64,000 nt of DNA from IMG/VR virus record IMGVR_UViG_3300025099_000014, positions 1-64,000 of that record, one strand, 5' to 3'. The translations under genes and the position numbers were made by a program. The stretch's first letter is position 1. The number at the start of each line of letters is the position of its first letter. This DNA is from a virus. The notes under the pieces were generated by a model. That model was given only the letters and a program-made list of their open reading frames with translations, had not been told where the DNA came from and made no database searches. This document shows, piece after piece, positions 56,508 through 64,000 of the stretch.

Positions 56508-58669
56508 TGGTAGCAAACGAAGGGAAAATTACTACATTTGGGACTACAGGAACTCTTGGTGGTTTAGTAGACGGTACCGATACTATTCATACCGGTGTTG
56601 CTAAAACATTATTTGCTATTGCTTCTGGTTGTCGTGTTGTTAGTAGTGGAACTTTTACACAATCTTCTGATGATTTTGTGTTGGCTAACCCAACTACTTA
56701 TAGAACACTAGGAACAAAAGTTACTTTATCTAGTAGTTCCGGACACAATACAGTTACAGTTGGTGCTGGTGATAGCACTTACGATAGATATGATTTAATA
56801 TATATTGATGCTGGAAACAATAGATTAGCAATTAGTGCGGGTCAAGTTAATCCTGCTAGAATTGCAGATATAAATAATGATGATGTTCCAGTTGCTATTG
56901 TTAAAGTAGCGGCAGGTGCGGCGGCAACAAACACACATAGTTTCCAAACTTTAATGAGTGTATATAATACAGATAGTTTTGCTGGTGATGATATAGTTAG
57001 TTTAATTATAGGTGCAGATGCAGATGGTACAGATAGAACAATTACTTTTGGTCATTCAACTCTTAAAACAATTATGGGAATTGATGATAGTGCTGATAAA
57101 TTTATTATTAACACTGATGCTACTTTTGATGCTACTGCCGCAAATAACTCATTAACAATTGATGCATCACATAATGTTACTATTGCTGGTGACTTAACTG
57201 TTACTGGAGGGATTATAGATAATAGTGGAAGTATTGGTTTTAATAACGGACAAAACGCAACACTTGACGTTGCTGCTACCGCACATAACGTAGCAGGTAA
57301 GAATCTAACAATTAGTGCTGGAACTACAACTGTTGGAACTACAAATGATATTGCTGGTGGTTCAGTTACTATTAAAGGTGGAGCAGGTAAAGGAACAGGA
57401 GCAGGTGGAGATATTGTTTTTCAAACTGCAAATGCTGCCGGTGGTAGTGCTCACACACCTTTAAATTCACATGCTACTGCTTTAACTCTTAGTGATGATT
57501 TATCTGCTACCTTTGGTGGGAATGTATCTTTTGCTGGAACAACTCTTACTAGCACAGGGGCTGATTTGAATATAATTTCTGCTGGTAACATGGTATTGAG
57601 AATAGATAGTAACAATGATGAAACCGGCCAATCTTTTGCTTTTCAAAATAACGCGTCTACAGAAATTGCCAATCTTAGTGAAGCAGGTAATCTACAAATA
57701 GACGGCACTTTAAATGTTGATGGGTCTGGTGCTTCAGATATTGCTGGTCCTTTATCTGCTGCTGGCTTACATACTAGCAATGCATTTACTACTGGTAGAC
57801 AACTTATAAATGCTAGTGATAGTAGTTCATCTAATAGAATAGTTAGTGCTGAACATACAATGATATTTTTCCACACTGCTGATTCTAATAATAACGTGTG
57901 CACTTTACCCACAGCAGTAAATGGAACTATACAGTTTTTATTTAATGTTGATTCCGCTCATGATATTACTATAACTTCTTCACAACATATTAATGATAGT
58001 AATACTGGACATACGCTAATTCCTAGTGCTAATACTATTTCTCTAAAACCTTATCAATCTATTATTTTAAGAGGTGCAGCAGATGATAGTCCTATGAACG
58101 CAGGATATTATACGCTCGACTTTGATTCAGATACAGGGACTACCAGTGCTATTGAGCAAGGATTACATACTATTTGGGTTCCAGCCGCATCTATGTACCC
58201 TAATACTACTAGTGGTTGTGCTGCCTTAGCACAAGTAGAACTAGCAAATGGTCCCGAATTAAAATGTTTAGATTTCGACACTTCTTCAGATGAGTTTGCT
58301 CAATTTACAGTAGCGTTCCCTAAATCATGGAATGAAGGAACAATAACCTTTCAACCATTTTGGACAGTTACAGGGACAAATACAGGTACAGTTGCTTGGG
58401 AATTATCGGGTGTTGGGTTTGGTAACAGCGATGATATTAATACTGCTTTTGGAACTGCCATTTCTACTACTGCTTTAGCCCATAGCGGTACATCGAACGA
58501 TATGATGGTTTCAGCAACAAGTGGTGCTGTCACAATTAGTGGTGCTTCTGTTGACAGTGTTACTTACTTTCAAATAAATAGAGATACTGGTGGGGACACC
58601 CAAACAGGTGATGCAAGATTAGTAGGCATTAAAATATATTACACAATTAACGCGGGGAATGATGCTTGA
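56507..58669 (+). CDS. Tail fibre protein
   Basis: DRYDLIYID shoulder motif; G/A/T-rich shaft (GGSVTIKGGAGKGTGAGGDIVF); C-terminal beta domain (FPKSWNEGTITF). Confidence 0.8.
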   Translation: MVANEGKITTFGTTGTLGGLVDGTDTIHTGVAKTLFAIASGCRVVSSGTFTQSSDDFVLANPTTYRTLGTKVTLSSSSGHNTVTVGAGDSTYDRYDLIYIDAGNNRLAISAGQVNPARIADINNDDVPVAIVKVAAGAAATNTHSFQTLMSVYNTDSFAGDDIVSLIIGADADGTDRTITFGHSTLKTIMGIDDSADKFIINTDATFDATAANNSLTIDASHNVTIAGDLTVTGGIIDNSGSIGFNNGQNATLDVAATAHNVAGKNLTISAGTTTVGTTNDIAGGSVTIKGGAGKGTGAGGDIVFQTANAAGGSAHTPLNSHATALTLSDDLSATFGGNVSFAGTTLTSTGADLNIISAGNMVLRIDSNNDETGQSFAFQNNASTEIANLSEAGNLQIDGTLNVDGSGASDIAGPLSAAGLHTSNAFTTGRQLINASDSSSSNRIVSAEHTMIFFHTADSNNNVCTLPTAVNGTIQFLFNVDSAHDITITSSQHINDSNTGHTLIPSANTISLKPYQSIILRGAADDSPMNAGYYTLDFDSDTGTTSAIEQGLHTIWVPAASMYPNTTSGCAALAQVELANGPELKCLDFDTSSDEFAQFTVAFPKSWNEGTITFQPFWTVTGTNTGTVAWELSGVGFGNSDDINTAFGTAISTTALAHSGTSNDMMVSATSGAVTISGASVDSVTYFQINRDTGGDTQTGDARLVGIKIYYTINAGNDA

Positions 58670-59664
58670 GTGGTTTTGGTTATACTGTTTTAGGATTCGG
58701 CGCTCATCCAAACAGAACAGCACCTTCTCCTTATGTTTCATTTCCATCAATTACTGGTTTAAGTATTGATACAGATTTTGCCACATTACAAATAGATGGA
58801 AGTAACTATTCTAATACAGCAGGTATGGCTGTTGGTGCAGATGAAATAGTTTGCGGGTTGGCTGGTGTTCTCAGTTTAGGTGGTAGCAACGTAAACCTAT
58901 TAAGTTACAACTACGATACATCTACTACTCTTAGCACGGGAACTGGTTCACCAGCATCTATGGGTTATGCTGCTGACGCAAGTGGAAATGTTCAATCAAC
59001 AGTAAGGGGAGCGTGTTTTTCTTACAATGGTGCTTATTTATATGTCGCTGGTCAGGCAGATACTAATAGGGTAATTAGATTTGACCTCGGAACTCCTTAT
59101 GATTTAAGTACTGTAACTAGTAATAGTAACAGTGCTCAATTGGGTTCTGCTATGAATAGTTTACAGGGTATTGCTATTTTAGGTGACGGAACTAAATTTT
59201 ATGCTATGCGTTCTACTACTGGTGCAGTTGGTCGAACTATCGAATATTCTATGTCTACACCTTATGATTTATCTACACTTTCTGTAACTAGAACAGTTGA
59301 TGCTGCATATACTGGTAACGTATCGGGAGGCTTTTGCATGGATATTGCTATTGCTCCAGATGGTAGTAGTTTTATTGTAGGTAGTGTTGGTGGTTCAGGC
59401 GGAGCAGGTTATTCAACCATATTAGACCAATGGTCAATTACTAATGGTGATATATCTCCTATCTCTGGCACAAGTGGTAGAGTATCTGCTAACTTCAGTA
59501 AGAACCTTAGTAATACTTATGACGCAGTTGGTGATGATGCCGATACATACTCACAGGCATTTAACTTTAATAATACTGGAACCGCACTACTTCTTGCAGC
59601 AGTTCATGAAGATGACGGACCTTCAGGAACATCTAATCAATGGCATGTTACTAGATGGACATGA
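58666..59664 (+). CDS. Putative receptor-binding/fibre-associated beta-propeller protein
   Basis: MSGFGYTVLGFG N-terminus; repeated blades (FSYNGAYLYV..LGTPYDLST; DGTKFY..MSTPYDLST; IAPDGSSF; FNNTGTAL). Confidence 0.7.
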   Translation: MSGFGYTVLGFGAHPNRTAPSPYVSFPSITGLSIDTDFATLQIDGSNYSNTAGMAVGADEIVCGLAGVLSLGGSNVNLLSYNYDTSTTLSTGTGSPASMGYAADASGNVQSTVRGACFSYNGAYLYVAGQADTNRVIRFDLGTPYDLSTVTSNSNSAQLGSAMNSLQGIAILGDGTKFYAMRSTTGAVGRTIEYSMSTPYDLSTLSVTRTVDAAYTGNVSGGFCMDIAIAPDGSSFIVGSVGGSGGAGYSTILDQWSITNGDISPISGTSGRVSANFSKNLSNTYDAVGDDADTYSQAFNFNNTGTALLLAAVHEDDGPSGTSNQWHVTRWT

Positions 59665-59672
59665 TTTATATA
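59665..59672 (+). promoter_or_regulatory. Archaeal TATA box
   Basis: TTTATATA right after the stop codon and 31 nt before ATG 59696. Confidence 0.7.
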
Positions 59673-59695
59673 ACAGTAAGTGGATGGTTTAAGTA

Positions 59696-59905
59696 ATGTC
59701 GCTAGAAGATGCTCTAAACGGCGATTTAGATGAAAAGATTAATTGGTTAATTTCTAATCAAGTAAGTACAACTAAAGACATTGAAGCAATTAAAAACAAC
59801 CACCTTTCCCATATTGAAACTGATATGGCTGCGCTAAAACAACGTATATGGTGGATGACGGCATTTATTATTTCAGTAGTTACAGGGCAGAATGTGATGT
59901 TATGA
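59696..59905 (+). CDS. Small coiled-coil plus TM protein (XhlA/holin-like)
   Basis: IKNNHLSHIETDM coil followed by RIWWMTAFIISVVTG. Confidence 0.6.
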   Translation: MSLEDALNGDLDEKINWLISNQVSTTKDIEAIKNNHLSHIETDMAALKQRIWWMTAFIISVVTGQNVML

Positions 59906-60576
59906 GTTGGGAAAATACAATTAAGGCTCCACCACCTAGACCATCAGATAAAGATATACCAAAAAAAAGTAGGTATTTCGGTCCTAGATGGCTCAAGACG
60001 AAAACCGAGAGTGTTCGTGAAGCCGGATTCCACGCGGCAATTGATATATCCCCTATACATTCTAATTTTGACGCGTTTATAGTAAACGTTACCGATTTTT
60101 ATATTTTTGAGGATTTAAGTGCTCTTAACATAGAAGATATTAAAAGGCGATTAGAAGCAGATGTTGGAGAAGGTAAACTTACCATTGAGGGCGATGAGTT
60201 ATTGACCGAATCGGGCTATTTAGCATCAGAAGTGTATGAAGTTTATGACCAAATGTTAGACGACATATATGATGATTTTGAAGTTTGGGACGCATATGGT
60301 GGGTGGAAAATGTTTAACAAGAAATATCACACACCACATCCTGACTCTAATCGTAACCTCCATAAAATGAGACCTCGTTTTGGTGGTGATTTATATATAA
60401 TAGCACAAGAAGTTGAGGATTGGAAGCAAGATGCTCAAGAGTTAATGAATAGTAAATATCCCGCTATGAACGTTAGAATTAGAACTACAGTAACTAATTT
60501 ACTTAACGGTTTACAACAATTAAAACCAAAAACTATACAAGTTCTTAACCCGTCGAATATGTGGTATTGGAAATGA
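59902..60576 (+). CDS. Hypothetical W-tag protein
   Basis: ATGA overlap at 59902 gives MSWENTIKA. Confidence 0.8.
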   Translation: MSWENTIKAPPPRPSDKDIPKKSRYFGPRWLKTKTESVREAGFHAAIDISPIHSNFDAFIVNVTDFYIFEDLSALNIEDIKRRLEADVGEGKLTIEGDELLTESGYLASEVYEVYDQMLDDIYDDFEVWDAYGGWKMFNKKYHTPHPDSNRNLHKMRPRFGGDLYIIAQEVEDWKQDAQELMNSKYPAMNVRIRTTVTNLLNGLQQLKPKTIQVLNPSNMWYWK

Positions 60577-60580
60577 TAAT

Positions 60581-60832
60581 TTGAATAACTCTCGTAAAAT
60601 TCGAATTAGAAAATGGTTTAGAGATTTAAAAGATACACTATCTTGTGAAATATGTGGGGAAAACCACCCTTCTTGTCTAGAATTTCACCATTTACGTAAA
60701 AAAGATAATATAATTTCTAAAATGGTTGTTTCAGGCTATGCAATTGACTCAATTCAAAAAGAAATGGCTAAATGTCAGGTAGTTTGTGCTAATTGTCACC
60801 GAAAAATACATTATTTAGACGAAAAAAAATAA
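60581..60832 (+). CDS. Small HNH endonuclease
   Basis: CEICGE...LEFHH...KCQVVCANCHRKIH. Confidence 0.85.
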   Translation: MNNSRKIRIRKWFRDLKDTLSCEICGENHPSCLEFHHLRKKDNIISKMVVSGYAIDSIQKEMAKCQVVCANCHRKIHYLDEKK

Positions 60833-60859
60833 TTTAGTTGTAAAAAAGTTACATGAAAC

Positions 60860-60908
60860 AAAAAAAATAAAAAAAAGTTGGACCCGACCCCGAATTGGGG
60901 CCGAGTCC
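60860..60908 (-). terminator. Stem-loop plus U tract ending the minus-strand operon
   Basis: GGACCCGACCCC/GGGGCCGAGTCC arms; both mismatches become G.U pairs on the minus strand and are followed by a long T tract; lies between convergent genes. Confidence 0.75.
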
Positions 60909-60915
60909 GTAATTT

Positions 60916-61524
60916 TTACCAGTCAATTTCGACTGACTCTACAGAATCTTCTTCTTCGTCATAAAACTTAATAATTCCGTTATCCTGACCATATTTCCAT
61001 AGGTCATAAGTTAACTTTGTGTCGCTTAAACAGTATTTTAGAACTTCTTCAAATTCCCCTGCTCTCCACTTAACAACTGCATCTGTTCCTGCCATTAATT
61101 TACCAGTATCTAGTGTGCATCTAACGGTATTATCTAGGTGAATGCGTCTTCCGGTTGCTTTACTCAAAAGGGCAGATGTATCAATACACCTTTCTTCTTT
61201 TTCTTGTAAATACTTTCTTACAATATAAATATCCATTGAGTCCCTAAGAACTGGAAGGTCGAACACATTAATATTATGTCCTAGTAACTTCCCACCCTTT
61301 TGAAAATGGTCGTCTAAATCATACTTTAGTTGCTTTAGGGGTTTCCATTGAACACCTTCACTCTTACAGAAAGCGGAGTCACCCCCACTATCAGAATACA
61401 ACATAGCATTATTTCCATCCCATGTTGCTACACACGCTACCTTAAATAAATGGGGGTTTCCCCAACCACCAATTTCATGACTTAAATTCTTTGTTTCTAT
61501 ATCTATTGATAATACATTATTCAT
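60916..61524 (-). CDS. DEDD/RNase H-like 3'-5' exonuclease
   Basis: SIDIETKN, LGHNINVFDL, IDTS, YCLSDTKLTYDL. Confidence 0.85.
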   Translation of the reverse strand: MNNVLSIDIETKNLSHEIGGWGNPHLFKVACVATWDGNNAMLYSDSGGDSAFCKSEGVQWKPLKQLKYDLDDHFQKGGKLLGHNINVFDLPVLRDSMDIYIVRKYLQEKEERCIDTSALLSKATGRRIHLDNTVRCTLDTGKLMAGTDAVVKWRAGEFEEVLKYCLSDTKLTYDLWKYGQDNGIIKFYDEEEDSVESVEIDW

Positions 61525-61525
61525 A

Positions 61526-63046
61526 TTACTCCCTCAATTTTACATACGATTTTTTATTTCTCTTTTCTTCAAAAAGGTGTGCTACTTCCGGCCATGTTCT
61601 ATAAAACTTACTTGGTGCACAACTTTCATACTTTGCATACTTTGCCACCATTGTTGTTTTTGCGACCCAACCGTCGTCCCCACCAACTCTTACCTTTTTA
61701 CATTGTGCATAAACCGCCCTATAAACCTTTTCAGTTTGGTTACCAATACGTTTCTTAGGCTTTGATTTAAGTTTATCCGAGAACCAATTAGTAATTGAGT
61801 CAAAACTTTCGTCTGTTAACTGCCTACCCATGTCAATGTGTCTAGGTAATATAATGTGACTTCTTTCAGATACAGCACAGAGCGCAGCGGATATAGCAAT
61901 GTTGTTAATAATATTCATTAAGAAAGTATTTAATGCTTCAAACACTTGGTCTTCAATGCCTTCCATATACTTCCGCATACCTTTGTGTACAATTTTTAAC
62001 TTACTCTGAGCATCAGGACTCCATACTATAACTCTACGTTTATCACCATTAACTTCCGCAAGCCTATTCTGCGCCCAACGGAATGTTCCATATAACATTT
62101 CTGAGAACTCCTCAAAATATTGCTCATTATTATTTTCATCACCATCAACTATCATACCAATACTATCAATATACTGTTCTTCCATTTGCTGTTTTAGTGA
62201 TTCTGGAACTTCACGGACATACAACCACATACGTTGGAATACACCCTTCGTTAGAATTACTCTTTCAAGTCCTTCTGGTGGTAGAGTAGTGGCCCATAAT
62301 GACCTTTGGGAATCTACTACTAAGTCCTTACCCCATTCAGTGAGTCGCTTTTTAATAAGGTGAGTATCTGAATCCAAACGATTCATAAACTTCTGAAATA
62401 ACATTACAGTTTCGGACTTATGTTGAGTTTCTTTAAATATACCCGAATGTTCAAATTCATCGAAAGCGATAACACCACTTCCATATAAACTACCATAAAT
62501 AGGAATGTCTGTAACTTCGGGAATATTATAATCTTCATCATCACGCGCTTGGACGCGGTCATAATCTGGATTAGGTTGATTCACCTTCAGTGTTCCCAAT
62601 AAACCTTGGTCTGTAAAACTATCAGGGTTTTGTAAGTTAAACTCTTTTACTCCACTTAACGGGAGTGTGGGTTCTTGTAGGGTAGCACCATGATTATTAA
62701 CTAATTCAAAGGTGCGTTGCCATACAGGTGAGAGGAAATCAAACATTGTTGTTTTTCCTGACCTTGCTGACTGAACCCAACAATAGTGAATACGTGGGTC
62801 TAACGTGAGCATTCCCACAGGTATTCTAATAGTGTCTTTTAATATTTGCCCCAATGATACAAAGTATGCCATTGTTGCCGGATATTCATTATACAATGAA
62901 AACCTTGTTACAACCTCAGTCCATCTTTGTACGTCTTCTGGTAATACTGTATGTTCACTTCTCATACTAGTATATATTTCATCCTTTTGGATGCGTTCTA
63001 ATTTATCATATATTTCCCAAGCGTCTACCTCGTAATCTTGTGCCAT
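61526..63046 (-). CDS. MCM-like AAA+ ATPase/helicase
   Basis: Walker A QSARSGKTT, Walker B VIAFDEFE, sensor ATT, arginine finger GVFQR; next to primase. Confidence 0.65.
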   Translation of the reverse strand: MAQDYEVDAWEIYDKLERIQKDEIYTSMRSEHTVLPEDVQRWTEVVTRFSLYNEYPATMAYFVSLGQILKDTIRIPVGMLTLDPRIHYCWVQSARSGKTTMFDFLSPVWQRTFELVNNHGATLQEPTLPLSGVKEFNLQNPDSFTDQGLLGTLKVNQPNPDYDRVQARDDEDYNIPEVTDIPIYGSLYGSGVIAFDEFEHSGIFKETQHKSETVMLFQKFMNRLDSDTHLIKKRLTEWGKDLVVDSQRSLWATTLPPEGLERVILTKGVFQRMWLYVREVPESLKQQMEEQYIDSIGMIVDGDENNNEQYFEEFSEMLYGTFRWAQNRLAEVNGDKRRVIVWSPDAQSKLKIVHKGMRKYMEGIEDQVFEALNTFLMNIINNIAISAALCAVSERSHIILPRHIDMGRQLTDESFDSITNWFSDKLKSKPKKRIGNQTEKVYRAVYAQCKKVRVGGDDGWVAKTTMVAKYAKYESCAPSKFYRTWPEVAHLFEEKRNKKSYVKLRE

Positions 63047-63741
63047 TAATCCTTTACCTCCTTCTCTTCATTTAATGTTTTTAATATTCTATTTGCTAGC
63101 ACCATACCAAAACCGTCAAGTCCAGTTATTTCTTTAACTGAAGCAGAAGACAGTTCTGCTATACTACCCCATTTGTTTAATAGTATTTTTGCTTTACTTT
63201 GTGATATTCCTTTTATTTGTGTTAACATGTCTACTCTTAAATCATCTGTTCTTTGTCTTTTTGGTAATTCTTTCTTTAATTCAAATTTTCCATCTAGGTG
63301 AGAATGCATTGATAATATACAGTGTGCCGCAATTGTTACATTGGGAACCCATAATACCTTAGCATTTGTTTTAATTTGCAGAGCACCTATGGCTCCAACA
63401 AACATTCTCTTTAATCTATTTTTCCACACCATAGAGTTATACTGTTTATTGTCTTTTCTATCTAAGTATTTTAACGCCTCTTCAAACGTACCATATATCA
63501 ATACTACAGATACATCATAGTTATCTAACATATTAGATGTTTGATTAAACACCCGCTTGTTTCTAATTGATGCTAAAAAATCACCTGATGATTTAGCCTC
63601 AATTGCTACTTTAGTGTCTGCCATCATAATATAATCTCCAACTTCTAACCATTGTTTTTGATATTCGATTTTTTGTTCTTCACATAACTTCTCTACTGCA
63701 CCGCTTAATATTGAATCTTCTCTACTATCTATTACTATCAT
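63046..63741 (-). CDS. ERCC4/XPF-family nuclease with C-terminal HhH motifs
   Basis: MIVIDSRE, LEVGDY, IEAKSSGDF, then IKGISQSKA and LDGFGMVLA HhH motifs; likely start 63741. Confidence 0.9.
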   Translation of the reverse strand: MIVIDSREDSILSGAVEKLCEEQKIEYQKQWLEVGDYIMMADTKVAIEAKSSGDFLASIRNKRVFNQTSNMLDNYDVSVVLIYGTFEEALKYLDRKDNKQYNSMVWKNRLKRMFVGAIGALQIKTNAKVLWVPNVTIAAHCILSMHSHLDGKFELKKELPKRQRTDDLRVDMLTQIKGISQSKAKILLNKWGSIAELSSASVKEITGLDGFGMVLANRILKTLNEEKEVKD

Positions 63742-64000
63742 TGTCCATACCTCCAACATTTACCAACGCATAAACCTTCATTAATTAATGTATTACATGA
63801 AGGAGCCATATAACGCTTATCTACAATAAACGAAACATGTTTATGTGTTTCTTGTTCGTTATAATCAATCCAAACATTTTCATTATCAGCAATTGTTGAT
63901 ACTTCTTTGCATATACTTGTCTTTATTGTTCTTAGTGCCGGCCCTCCAACTTTTCTAGGACTGGCAAAACTACCTGTTTCTAATACTGCCATCTCTGATA
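63738..64000 (-). CDS. priL: Archaeo-eukaryotic primase large subunit, C-terminal fragment (gene runs off the window)
   Basis: WIDYNEQETHKHV...YMAPSCNTLINEGLCVGKC resembles the PriL Fe-S domain; frame is open to the window edge. Confidence 0.7.
   Translation of the reverse strand, partial: SEMAVLETGSFASPRKVGGPALRTIKTSICKEVSTIADNENVWIDYNEQETHKHVSFIVDKRYMAPSCNTLINEGLCVGKCWRYGQ

Noticed and set aside
1583-58533. Many minus-strand ORFs in the track (e.g. 9289-10020, 36892-37716, 45291-46088)
   Set aside because: They lie antisense to long, coupled plus-strand genes and have the Ser/Phe/Leu-rich composition of shadow ORFs.
1479-60576. W-tag as a Sec/Tat or lipoprotein signal peptide
   Set aside because: Only 6-8 residues with no hydrophobic core, twin-Arg or lipobox; true membrane proteins here lack it.
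1479-64000. Alternative genetic code or stop-codon readthrough
   Set aside because: Genes tile densely under the standard code, and TAA, TGA and TAG all act as stops.

Overview
This window is most of the genome of an AT-rich tailed virus (Caudoviricetes, siphovirus-like) that infects archaea. Archaeal signs are GGTGA-type ribosome-binding sites, TTTATA TATA boxes about 30 nt before start codons, and PriL, XPF/ERCC4 and MCM-like replication genes. Gene content best fits a 'magrovirus' of Marine Group II/Poseidoniales; that assignment is inference, not a database result. Layout: (1) 1-950, non-coding, with six copies of the palindrome core ACCATATGG; (2) about 1.5-21.6 kb, accessory region of small enzymes, basic Zn-binding proteins, HTH proteins and large unknowns; (3) 21.7-35.3 kb, head module (TerL, LAGLIDADG protein, portal with Zn ribbons, ATP-dependent ligase, HK97-type protease/scaffold, major capsid protein); (4) 35.3-59.9 kb, neck and tail module including a -1 frameshifted tail chaperone, tape measure, a 2587-aa hub and fibres; (5) 60.9-64 kb, convergent minus-strand replication genes. 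The main unexplained pattern is that about 24 otherwise unrelated proteins start with the same peptide, M-(x)-W-x-x-[IVTY]-[ILV]-K (18 exact, 6 variants), and three more copies are internal or C-terminal. It looks like a Lys-terminated counterpart of the T4 capsid-targeting sequence, i.e. a tag that could route diverse cargo into the prohead for cleavage by the HK97-type protease. Also notable: apparent avoidance of GATC, AGCT and CCWGG, a probable nested scaffold start, an unannotated 52-aa tagged peptide, and a G.U-containing hairpin with a TATA box in its loop. All protein family calls are from motif recognition by eye.
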